Shown in pieces: positions 12,739 to 25,468 of a DNA stretch of 64,000 nucleotides (position 1 is the stretch's first letter; each line of letters starts with the position of its first letter). The stretch is from NCBI RefSeq assembly GCF_009914755.1, contig NC_060945.1, one strand, 5' to 3'. The position numbers and the translations under genes are program-made. Source of the DNA: the human T2T-CHM13v2.0 reference genome, Homo sapiens. Under the pieces are notes generated by a model. That model made no database searches, was not told the DNA's origin, and saw only the letters and a program-made list of their open reading frames with translations.

Positions 12739-14057
12739 AATAGTTCTTAAAAGCCAAAGAAGCAGTTAATAACTTTGAAGCATTTAGCTAACCTAGTATC
12801 TGACCTACATGATTCAGCCCACATATTTACATTTTAAAGACATTTGTATTTTACCAATTATTTTTAAAACTGCCTTTATTTCTTAAAGATTATAGTCATG
12901 TGAACTCAAAAGGTATTACAGCTTTTATTTTTCTTCAAAAAATATTTGATCTAAGTGCTTATTTTCCTAGAGCTTTTTTATATAAACATCACGCCCATAA
13001 GAAATATAAAATTACACAGATGAACAAAAGCAAATTCAGTACTTGTAAGATTTTTCATTTGCCAATCTTCTGAATAGATTATTGGCCTCTGGGTGAAGCC
13101 CTTCAAGAGCAGGGCCTAGGACAGCATACAGTTTCTAGGGCCTAATAAACAGGCATAGCTGGAAGACAGAGATAGATTTTGAGAAGGATCTATCCACTTT
13201 TAATTCCTGGGGTTTCATGAGGAAAACAGAGGGTGTTGTTTTCCCCAAAATGGGGTCTGCAGCACCTTCTTTGTTTTTTCCCAGGAGCCCCGGGCTATCA
13301 GAAGTTATCTTAGAGCCTCTCATGTATGCACTGAATGACAAGACAAAATGGGGAAAAAAAAATCATTCAACAGAGAAAGAACCTTTTTCCAGAAAAACAA
13401 GATCCATGCAGAGAAAAATTTAAAGGCCTTTAAATATACCTATAACTTGGATATCCACTTTTAATTCAGCTGTGCTCTAAGAAAATCGTTTCAAATCTAT
13501 TATCCAGCTTTAGCCATGCCGAGCAGCCAATATTTCTGGCTTTAGAACTTTATTAAAAATAACCTCACAGGTGAAACCAACAAGCTTCAACTAAGATTAT
13601 GACTTAACTGTAAGTGTAAAAGTTATTTTCAAAGAGGTGCTAAGCAGTTTTTACAGAATCTAAGATCTTTAAAGTTGGTTCAGACAAAGGAAGATTTAAG
13701 AAAGGAAGCTAGAAGTTGTTTATAGAGGGGAAGAGAATCAGCAAATGGTAAAAGTCACACAGATATTAGCCACAATATACTCATTCCCTAAGCCAGGATT
13801 AAACCCAGGCCACCATTGTAAAATGGCAGAGGCCAAAAGAAAGTATTATCAAGTGGTTACAAGGTCAAGCTCCTAAGGACATAAAACAAGATGAAGAACT
13901 GCAGCAAGGTTTGTTACTGACCAGTTTGCCAGGCTGGCTTGATCAGCAAACTTTTGGGGTCCTAGGCCTGCATTCTATCCTAAGGTACCCCTCTTTATGA
14001 CAGAACTATACAGAAAGACACACAAAGCACACTACATTGGCTACAGCTTAAGACTAG

Positions 14058-14500
<443 letters not shown>

Positions 14501-15631
14501 CTGGTAAGAACTTTTACCCTTTTGCTGGTGTACCAGACTTCTGAGTTGCCCTTTTTCATGCTCAGTTTTGAGCCAAGCAGTTTAAGGTTTGGGGAAATTA
14601 ACTTTTCCCAGTTTAAGGGATGCATACAAAGGGAGTGTCCTGTGGTACAGCGACACAAGGACCCACCCACAAAGAGAGGACAGAGGAGGAAAAAGGAGAA
14701 AGGAGGTGTTTTTTCAGAAGAGTCCTAGTGATTCAGGAGGCAATCAAGAGAAATATGGGCTGCAGATGATTGGTTACTCACCTAAGAAGAGGGGAGCAAG
14801 GCATCCCTAGTTTCTTCTTTTTCCTAGTAAATACCTGAGGTACATGAGGGAGAGGAGAAAAGTGTCCTCTTTCTTTCTTCTGTTCTTATATCCCTGAGTC
14901 CTGGTGATCTTGGCAGGTTACCACCCATGGGTGCCAATGCAGCTTTCACCTATGTTAACAGGGGGCTTACAGGGTGCGAGTTATCCACCATTACCCATGC
15001 GCTGCTTGTCCCACTGTTGTTGATAACCTTTGAGTTCTTTAGATTTCATGCATGCCATGGATACTAGAATGACCTCTATCCACGAGATGGAAGGGAGCCT
15101 AATCGGCAGCAATGAGTCATGCTAACCTAAAGCTTTGGAGCTGGGTCTTCCTTAAACAAGGAAGAGAAAAGGCTATCTTGGGAATGGGGGTCCTGGCCTA
15201 ATAAGAAAACAAAAACAAAAACAAACAAAAAACCTCTCATAAAAGTTAACTCCTTACAAAGTGGAGAAAAGAAAAATAAAATAAAACAGCTTAAGTGCAG
15301 GGTGGGGAAGATGCCCGAGGAGAAACCTTTTATTCTTATACAAATGAGTTCCTCCAATAGGGAGAGAGCATTTTAATTGCTGTCTCCTCCTTTCTGGCTC
15401 AGCCAGGGGAGGAAAGACACTGTGGGTGCGTGGGGAGAGGGAAGAGTGAGCAGGAAATGCTGGCCACCTAGCCAAGTGGGGCCCTTGGGCTATGTGCCTC
15501 AGCCGGGAGGGGAGGGAGGTTGGGAGTTGCCACTCTCCCATTTGTCTCACATGTGTACCTGTGGCCATTGGAGGTTGGGGTAAGGGACATGTCTCTAAAA
15601 ACGGAGGGAGAGCACATTGTTCTGAATTGTA

Positions 15632-16031
15632 TAGAATTTATTAAGTTAAAGGAAAGCTCTCAGCAAAGAGAGGAGTCCTGAAAGTAGGTTCCCGGTTGCC
15701 CTCTTCACAGGTGAATACAAAGGCATTTTTATATAAGCTGATGGGGCTGAGTTCCCTATTTGTATAAGGCATGAATTCCTGTAGGCTCCACTGCATCCTT
15801 CCAGAGTGCATGCAGACCCTTAGTCTGAGACATTCCATATTGATTTATTTTTCTTACTGCCCACGTGTTAAGAAACAAAATTTTCCACTGCAGGCATGTT
15901 TAGGCAAGCCCCCGGAGCAAGTACCCTTATCTGCACAAAACATCTGGTATAAACACTTGTGGAGCAGGTAGGAGGTTCTCTGGGGGACCCTTCCCTTACT
16001 GTCTGCCTAAAGCAAGCTGGCTAACTTTTCA
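15632..16031 (-). mobile_element. 5' LTR of MER61-type provirus (U5 end missing)
   Basis: Aligns with 8927-9629 minus the Alu. The terminal about 80 bp seen at 8844-8925 are absent. Confidence 0.85.
15892..15911. promoter_or_regulatory. p53 response element (full consensus, no spacer)
   Basis: AGGCATGTTT|AGGCAAGCCC, 20/20 consensus, plus a 9/10 third half-site GAGCAAGTAC at 15915-15924. Confidence 0.75.
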
Positions 16032-17225
16032 GAAAGAGACAGAGAAAATGAAGTAGCTACCAAAGTATTCTAGGTCTACAAGTGATATTATTTTCAACAA
16101 GTATTCAAATGCCATTCTAGTCTAAACTAATTCATTATAAATCAGCTAATATTAAGTAAATATTTCACAAATTAAAAACTAGTTACAAAAGGTAGAGACC
16201 TCAAAGAAAGGCAGAAATGAGGCAAATGGGAAAAAATTATGGTGACTTAAAGCCTATATATTGTGATCTGGAGAATTAGAATTTAATTTGTCTATACAAA
16301 GTAGGTCATGATCCTGATAAGTTTAGCAATTAGAGTATTTATAAAAAGTAAGAGCTAAATAATTTGTTTCAGGGATGCACTTTTATTTCAATTATCTAGA
16401 CCTGAAATTATATTTTTTGAGATCATTCAGGAAGAAGAAATTACATGAGGAGAACTTTCTAATCAGTATGCTTAGTGTAAGTATATCTGATGAGTTCATA
16501 AGTCTGTTTCATTTATTATTCTTCAGAATAGGTCTGTAGCATGACACAAACAATTTCTGATGACTTCAGCTACCTTTTTAAGGAAGGTAGACTTGCTCCA
16601 TCCCCTATCTTCTATTTTGCATCTGAAAGAGGATCATACTCCTGTTTAAGTAAACTTTATTAATGTTTTTCAAAATATTTCTTCTCTTGCCAATATAAAA
16701 TAATGAAATTGTAGTAAAATGAGGATTGTCTTCCTCAAGACGAGTAATTTTTCATGAACAATTTATTTAATTATTTCAATAATTATTCAAAAATGATTTC
16801 AAATTATTTCAACAATTTATCTTATGAACATTTATTTCATTATTTATTCACACCATCAAATAATATTTTACGTTAAGTCCAAATTTTTTGCATTGCTGTT
16901 CATGTCAGGTTTATAATGGAATTCATTCTCTATGACCTCCTTTTTAAGCACTGCTAAATAGATAGTAATCTTTCTTTCTATAACAGTTGAGTTTAAATTG
17001 CTTTTCTTAATTTTCTCTGACAGAGAACATTATTTTTTATTGTTGTAAACTAGCTATAGTCTACATATTTAATTATTTGGAATTTGATTTGTGTATATTT
17101 TTCAGTGGAAGCTAACTTCTTCCTAATGTCTCCATCTACATTTCATATTTATTCATCCATTCACATATTCAACAAAATTTCAGAATCTGTTTTTGGGCTT
17201 TTAATACTCATCTTATTCATTTTAC

Positions 17226-17341
17226 TATTTATGTATTTATTTCTTTATTTATTTAGAAACTGGTTCTCACTTAGTTGACCATATTAGAGTGTAGTGATGC
17301 CATCATAGCTCATGGCAGCCTCAAACTCCTGGGCTCAAGTT
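17226..17341 (-). mobile_element. Truncated FLAM/AluJ monomer
   Basis: (TTTA)n tail then tctcac...catagctcatggcagcctcaaactcctgggctcaagt. Confidence 0.8.
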
Positions 17342-18112
17342 TGTTGATTTTATTTTAAATGTCCACACAGTGTTCTCAGTCAGAAACAGATTTCTTAATA
17401 ATGTGTGTTGGCTGCTCCTTTTCCCAGTTCTTATCTTTGGACAGTATAAAGAGATCCAGATCATCCTAGTGAGAGGCTAGACTCTCTGAAAGCAAGAAAT
17501 TAAGAACAATGGTTTTGTTCCTTGTCTTTGTTTTTATACTTATAATAGGATGGAAACGGCTGTTTTTCTGTCCTTCTAAGAGGATATCTTCTTTATTCCA
17601 AACTTTTGGAATGTTGTAAAATCTCTCCTGGAGCCAAATAACCCTGTGTCTCCAAGTTTTTATGACCTATAGCTGTCTCCAAATTCTGGAACATCATATC
17701 TTTTGACGTATGAATACCAAAACCTAGTCTTCCTCTTACCCTAGGACTTAACCTAGGAACCTAGTAATCTAAGGATTTTAAAAATTTAACCCTCTTAGGG
17801 GAGTAAAAGAAGTTTTCCTATTGTTTCAAATCAGAGAAATTAACTGGACAAAGGGCTGCAGATCTAATTCTCTCAGTGTGTGAAGAGTCTCAAGAAGCTA
17901 GTGCTTTGAGAGAATCCATGAGAAACCCAGGGACCTTTAACATCTCCTCATTATTATTTGCATAGCATACTACCAGGGGAGATGGAGAATTAAAATAATA
18001 ATATATTTTTAATAACTTTAAGTTCTCTTAAATCATATGGTTTTTTAAGGATTAAAAAAAATATCCTGGATATCTATGGCTATACTTAGACATATGTAAT
18101 ATACATATATAA

Positions 18113-21100
18113 CACAATAGCTTTTGGGGACAAGTGGTTTTTGGTTACAGAGTGGTAAAGTCTGAGATTTTGGTGCCCATGTCACCCAAGTAGTGTACAT
18201 TGCACCCAATATGTAGTGTTTTATCCCTCACCCACCTCCTACTATACCCCTTAGTTGTCTCCAATGTCCATTATACCACTCTGTATGCATACCCATGGCG
18301 TAGCTACCACTTAAAAGTGAGAATATATGATATTTGGTTTTCCATTCCTGAGTTACTTCACTTAGAATAATGGCCTGCAGCTCCAGTTGGAGTTGCTGCA
18401 AATGACATTATTTCATTCTTTTTAGGGCTGAGTATTATGTCATGGTGTATGTTTACCACATTTCTTTATCCACTCATTGGTTGAGGAGCACTTAGGTTGG
18501 TTCTGTATCTTTGTAATTGTGAATTGTACTGCAATAAACATATACATGCAGGTGTATTTTTGATACAATGACTTTTTTAATTTGAGTAGATAACCAGTAG
18601 TGGGATTGATGGACTGAATGCTAGATCTGCTTTTAGTTATTTCAAAAATCTCCATAATGCTTTACATAAAGGATGTACTAATTTCCATTCCCACCAGCAA
18701 TGTATAAGCATGCCCTTTTCACCACATTCATGTCAAAATCTGTTTTTTTTCTTTTGACTTTTTAATAATACCTATTATGCTGGGAAAAGATGGTATCTCA
18801 CTGTGGTTTTAATTTGCATTTCTTTGATGATTGGTGATGTTAATAATTTTTTATATGTTTGTTGGTCATTTGTATATCTTCTTTTGAGAAATGTCTATTC
18901 ATGTCATTTTTTTTCACTTTCTGATGGGATTATTTTTTCTTGCTGATTTGTTTTCCTTGTTAATTCTAGATATTAATTATTTGCTAGATGCATACTTTGT
19001 AAATATTTTCTTCTATTCTCTGAGTTATCTGTTTACTGTGATGATTATTTCTTTTGCTGTGAAGGTTTTTAGTTTAATTATGTCCTTTTTATTTATTTTT
19101 GTTTTTGTTGCATTTACTTTTGGAGTCTTAGTCATAAAGTTTTGGCTTAGGTAAATGTCCAGATGTGTTTTTCTTAGTTTTTTTTCTAGAATTTTTATGG
19201 TTTTGGGTTTTATATTTAAGTCTGATCCATCTTCTAATTTTTGTGGATGGTGAGAAAGAGTGATCCAGTTTCATTCTTCTACATGTGGCTATCCTGTTTT
19301 CCCTGCATCATTTATTGAATAGGGTGTCCTTTCCTATTTATGTTTTTGAATGCTTTGTGGAAGTTCAGTTGGTTGTATACATTTGGCTTTATTTCTGGTT
19401 TCTCTATTCCTTTCCTTTGGTTTATTTATCTACCTTTATACCAGTACCATGCATGCTGTTTTGATTACTAAAACCTTGTATTATAACTTGAAGTCTCTTA
19501 ACACTATGCCTCCAGATTTGTTCTTTTTGCTTAGAGTTGCTTTTGTAATTCAAGCTCATTTCTGGTTTCATAAGAATTTAGAATTGCTTTCTCTAATTCT
19601 ATGAAAAACGATGTCAGTATTTTGATAGGAATTGCATTGGATCTGTAGATTGCTTTTAGCAGTAAGGTCATTTTCACAAATATGATTCTTCCTATCCATG
19701 AGCATGGGATGTATTTCCATTTGTTTATATCATCTCTAATTTATTTCAGCAGTTTTTGTAGCTCTCCTTATGGAGATCTTTCACTTATTTGGTTAAGTGT
19801 ATTTCAATTTTTTTTCTGCTGCTATTGTAAAAGAAATTGAGTTCTTGATTTGATTCTCAGCTTGATCATTGTTGGTGCTATGCAGTAGTACTAATTTGTG
19901 TACATTCATTTTGTAACCTAAGATTTTATGAATTCATTCATCAAATAGAAGAGTCTTTTGGTGGAATTCTTAGGCTTATCTAAGTATATGCTTAAATCAT
20001 CAGCAAACAGAGATAATTTGACTTCCTCTTTTCCAGTTCAGATGCCCTTTATTTCTTCCTCTTGCTTGATTGCTCTGGGTAGGACTTCCAGTACTATGTT
20101 AAGTAGAAGTGGTGAAAATGGGCATCCTTAACTTGTTCTAGCCCTCAGTGGGAATACTTTCAACTTTTCCCCATTCAATATGATGTTGGCCATGGGTTTG
20201 TCATATATAGCTTTTATTATTTTGAGATATGTTTATTCTATGTCTAGTTTGTTTAGGGTTTTTATCATAAAGCAATGCTGGATTTTACTGAATGTTTTTA
20301 TGCATCTATTGAGATGATCATATGTATTTGGTTTTTAATTCTGTTTATGAAATACATCACATTTATTACCTTGTGTATGTTGAGTCATCCTTGCATCCCT
20401 GGGATGAGACTCACTTGATTATAGTGAATTGTCTTTTTGATATGCTTTTGGATTTGATTTGCCAGTATCTGTTAAGAATTTTTGCATATGTCTTTATCAG
20501 AGATGTTCATTTGTAGTTTTCTTTTTTTATGATATGCCTTTTTCTGGTTTTGGTATCAGGGTGATACTGGCTTCATAGAATGAGTTAAGGAGGATTCCCT
20601 TTTTCTCAGTCTTTTAGAGTAGTTTCAGTAGGCTTGGTACCAATTCTTCTTTGAATGTCTGGTAGAATTTGGCTGTGATCTGTCTGGGTTTTTTAGTCAG
20701 CATTTTTTTTTCTTACTTATACAATCTCACTGCTTGTTATTGGTCTGTAAGGATACCTATTTCTTCCTGGTTTAAGCTAGTAGGGTTGTATGTTTCCCGG
20801 AATCTATCTATTTTCTTTACTTTTATTTTTATGTGCATAGAGGTTACATAGTAGTCTCAAATGATCTTTTATATTTCTGTGATATTGGTTAAAATGTTTC
20901 CATTTTCATTTCTAATTGAGCTAATTTAAACTTCTATCTTCTTAATTGTTCTAATGTTCTAACTAATTGTTAGAACAGTTGTTAATTGTTCTAACAATCT
21001 TAATTGTTCTAACTAATGATCTATTTTATTTCTATTTTCAAATAACCAAATTTTGTTTCATTAAACTTTTGTATTTTTATTTCAATTTCATTTAGTTCTG

Positions 21101-24100
21101 CTTTAATCTTTCTTTTCTTCTCCTGGCTTTAAGTATGATTTGTTGTTTCTATAGTTTCTTGAGGTATGACATTATGTTGTGAATTTGTAATTTTTCAGAC
21201 TTTTTTATGTAGGTGTTCAGTGCTAGAAACTTTCCTTTTAGCATTGTTTTTGCTATGTCCCAGAGGTTTTGATAACTTGTGTCACTATAATCATCCATTT
21301 AAAGAATTTTTTAATTTATTTCTTCATTTCATTGTTAACCCAATAATCATTAAGAAGCAGATTGTTCAATTTCCAGGTAATTATATAGTTTTAAGGGTTC
21401 CTTTTGGAGCTCATTTCTAGTTTTATTTCACTGTGACCTGAGAAGATACTTTATATAATTTTGACTTTTTAAAATTTATTGAGATTTGTTTTTGTGGCCT
21501 ATCCTATGGTCTGTCTTGGAGGCTGTTCTATGTGTTGATGAGAAGAATGTGAATTCTGCAGTTTTTGGGTACAATGTTCTGTAAACATCTGTTAGGTCCA
21601 TTTCTTCTGGACTGCAACTTAAGTCCAGTGCTTTTTGTTGTTGTTGACTTCCTGCTTCAGTGATCTGTCTAGTGCTGTCAGTGGAGTGTTAGAGTTCCTC
21701 ACTATTATTGTGTTGCTGTCTATTCCTTTTCTTAGGTCTAGTAGTAATTGTTTTATAAATGTAGGAGCTCCAGTGTCATGTGCATACTTATGTAGAATTA
21801 TTATATTTTGTTGAATTAATTATTTAATTATTATGTAATGACTTTCTTTGTTTTTTTTTTACTATTGTTGCTTTAAAGTCTACTTTATCTGATATAACTA
21901 CACCTGCTTGCTTTTGGTTTCCATTTGCATTGAATATCTTTCTCCACCCCCTTACCTTGAATCTATGAGAATCTTTGTATGTTAGGTGAGTTTCTTGAAG
22001 ACAGCAGATATTTGATTTGTGATTTTTTTTAAATCAACTCTGCCATTCTGTATCTTTTAAGTGGAGTATATAGACCATTTACAGCCAATGTCAATTATGA
22101 GACATGAAGTGGAGTTCCAGTCAGTATGTTGTTACCTAGAAATTTTAGGTTTTTTTTTTTTTCACTTTGTTATTGCTTTATAGGCTCTATAAGTTTTATA
22201 CTTTCAAGACGTCTATTCTGATGCAGCTCAACCTTTTGTTTCAAGATTTAGCATTTATTGTAGGACTGGTCTGATAGGGACAGATTCCCTCAGCATTTGC
22301 TTGTCTGTGGAAGACATTATTTCTCTTTCATTTATGAGACTCAGTTTTGCTGGATACAAAATTTTTGACTAATAGTTATTTTGTCTAAGGATATTAAAGA
22401 TAAGCCTAAAGATAGAGTGAACTTCTGGGCTGTAAGATTTCTGCTGAGAAGTCTGCTGTTAGTCTAATAGGTTTTCCTTTATAGGTTACTTGATACTTTT
22501 GTCTCACTGTTCTTAGAATTCATTTCTTCATGTTGACTTTAGATAGCCTGATTACTATATGGCTTTGTAATGTCAGTTTTGCAGTGAACCTCCCCAGAGC
22601 TCATGGAGTTTCTTGTATTTGGACATCTAAATATCTAGCAAGGCTAGCAAAGTTTTCTTCAATTATGTCCTCAAATAAGTATTCTAAAGGTTTTGCTGTT
22701 TCTTCTCCCTCAAGAACAGCAATTGCTATATTTGGCCATTTTACATAATCAGCTATTTCTAAGAGACTTTGCTTATTTCTTTGAATTCTTTTTCTGGCAT
22801 TTCAAAGATTTCATCTTGGTTGGGATCCATTGCTGGGGACTTAGTGTGTTCTTTTTGAGGTGTTATAGAACCCTATTTTGTCCTATTGCCAGAATTATTT
22901 TTCTGGTTTCTTCTCATTTGGGTAGAGTATATCTTCTAATTACTTTTGAGACTATGTCTTCTAATTATTTTTGAATTTATTTTTTGACTTGACTGTGATT
23001 TTTCACTTTTTTTTTCACTTTGAGGATTTGACTTTAATGTTTATAGTTTATTGTAACCTAATTCAGCTCTGCGTGCTTTCAGGGGTGAAGACTGTATAAG
23101 TTCCCTGGTTATTTAAAATCTTTGTATGGTGGCTTTCTCAGATGCTAGTTGTGGTAACATTATGCTCAGTGTGTGTGTGTGGAGGTTCACTGTTTCCTGT
23201 GGGGTAGCAATGGCAGAGGTCTCATGAAGCTTATCTAGTTCCCAAGTTGTGTGCACTTTTTTGCCTTTTTTTTTCTCCCAGTGTTTTCTTTACCTGGTTG
23301 AATAATTCAGATTTCAGGCCAGTAGGGGTGGTGTCCCTGAGTGAAAACCAGCAGATTGGTAAATGCAATACCCAATGGTGGGAAGAAGTCCAAGCCTTGA
23401 CCGAGGCATCTCTGGGAGCTCTTAGTGAAATGCACCGAGGTCTTTTCACGGGGAAGGGAGGGAGCCACTTCAGCTCCCTTGCCAGGCCCCCAGGAAAGCA
23501 GGTCACACTCCTAAATACAGTTCTAGCTATTCAGATTAGCAGGCCCTTTTTATTTGCAGGAATTCTGACGTTCCAAGTAGAGAGAGATTGTGATTCTATG
23601 CCTTATGCAAATCTGAATCTGGAGGGGACTCCTCCTCTGGGGATGCAGTTAACTTGAGGTGTTCCAGAAAGGCTATCTACAGGTCCACTCATGCTAAATT
23701 CCCATAAGAGAAGTACCAGCTGTGTCTGCAGCAGTGAATGAGGGGGGAAAGTCTTTTTCTTCAAGACCGTTCTGCAGATTTTCCCAAGTACAGCACTGTA
23801 CCTGTGCCTCTACTGAAAGAAACTTTCCACAGGTCGGATGTTCTGGACTCAAGGCCTGCCATCTAGATTCTTTTTTCCATGGGGTGTGCCACTGATGTGC
23901 ACTCCCCCTTATCCTAAGAGTAGGAGTCCCTGAGGGCCAGACTAGTATGAATGCTGCTACTTCTCTGGCTCTAGCCACCTAGTGGGACTGCCACACTCCA
24001 GGTTGGTGCTGGGGAATGTCTACAAGGGGTCCAGTAATGTGACCTGTTCTCAAGGCTCCGTAGTGAGTAGCAACAACAGCTCTCATGGGGGTGACAGGAG

Positions 24101-25468
24101 AATGACACAGACTCTGTGAGATTTCTTGATTATAAGTAGTCTTGGTGCATTGGTTTTTCTGTAATGCCACCTGTAGTAGTAATGAACTGGTCACATGGAC
24201 AGACTCAGGACCTCCTAGTTAGCCAAGGTTATATAGGCAAAGGTGATAGCTTAGGTCACACACAAGTTTTCTCTTTCCTGTGCACTGTTAGTGTGCCTGC
24301 AGATGCTGTAATGGATTGTGTCAGTAGGCTTCCAGCCACAAGGTGGCACTTGAAAAAGAGCACCAGCTGGTAGCAGTGGGATTTGTGCTTGCCTTATGTT
24401 ACCCAGGGGAGGTAATCTGATGACTCAGGCAATGGGCAGGGCCATTGAGCTCTCAAAATTTTCTATTCTTTGTGTTAAGCTACCAGGGCAGATGGAGGGG
24501 CAAAGCCAGCTGGGGGCTGAATCAGGCAAGTTCACATTCTGGCTCTCTTTTGTCTGCCATGTGTGGGCAAAAGCAGTGTCCCAAGTGGGGATCAGATAGT
24601 GGTCCTCTGGCTGTAGGAGTAATGTTGCAGGGAGTACCACAGCTGCCTCTGCTGCAGAGAAGCATCTGTATGAGGAATAGGGAGCAGCAGGCAGCAGTTA
24701 GCCCCACTCAGCTCCCATACACTTGGCAAAGCAAGTCTTGCACCTGCAGCCTCCCACTCACAGCAGCTTGGTTCCAAGCAGTCAACACTCAGAACTCAAC
24801 ACTGCCCAAGTCCATAAGACTTCCCAGAAGAGACTGCAACCATGGCTTCCAGGTCACACCTCTCCTAGTCGGCCCATGAAGCAGGGGCACCCAGCTCTTG
24901 CACCTATGGCTGCAGCACATTTCCCATCTGCCCCATGGTTCTGACCAAGGGGGTTTGTCTCCACTCGAGATTATATCACGAATCTCAGTTGAGAGCTTCT
25001 CTCAACCTGTGACCACTGCCTGAGTTACCTGGCTGACTTCTGTGAGGTCCCCTGTGAGGTAGGATCAGGGATGGCTTTCCTCTGTCCTGCTGGGCATGCA
25101 CACTAAGCCCGTCCCCATGCTGCTACTTCTCATATATGCCCCACTGCTCACTAAATCAGCTCCAGTGCTGGGTGGGATTAAGGCCTTTCCCTGTGGCCTG
25201 GATTGCTTGGTTCCCCAGTAGGAGTATATGTCCTAGAGGCAGTTTACCCCTATCTGACATTCTAGGGACTTATAGTTTTCCTCCTGGCTCATGATGTGGA
25301 CAGCAACCTGACACTTCTTTCAAAAGGTCTGTGCTTTCTTTCAGTTTTTTCCTGTTAATTTTCTGTGTTGCTTCTTGGAAAAAATTTACAATGTGAATCT
25401 CCACACACAATTCTGTCTTTCCAAATAGGAGAGGCATGCTAACAATGACTCTAATCTGCCATTTTGAG
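18113..25468 (-). mobile_element. Near full-length L1PB-type LINE-1 (inactive)
   Basis: L1PB 3'UTR signature (caatagcttttgggg...aagtggtttttggttaca). ORF2p C-terminal remnant in ORF 18440-18655 (TCMYMFIAVQFTITKIQNQPKC...WIKK). Continuous antisense ORF2/ORF1 sequence. GC-richer 5'UTR (about 23030-25468) starting caaaatggcagattagag on minus. Many stops and frameshifts. Confidence 0.92.

Noticed and set aside
23231-24944. Cluster of long ORFs (up to 144 aa)
   Set aside because: All lie in the GC-richer L1PB 5'UTR, with no recognisable protein similarity.
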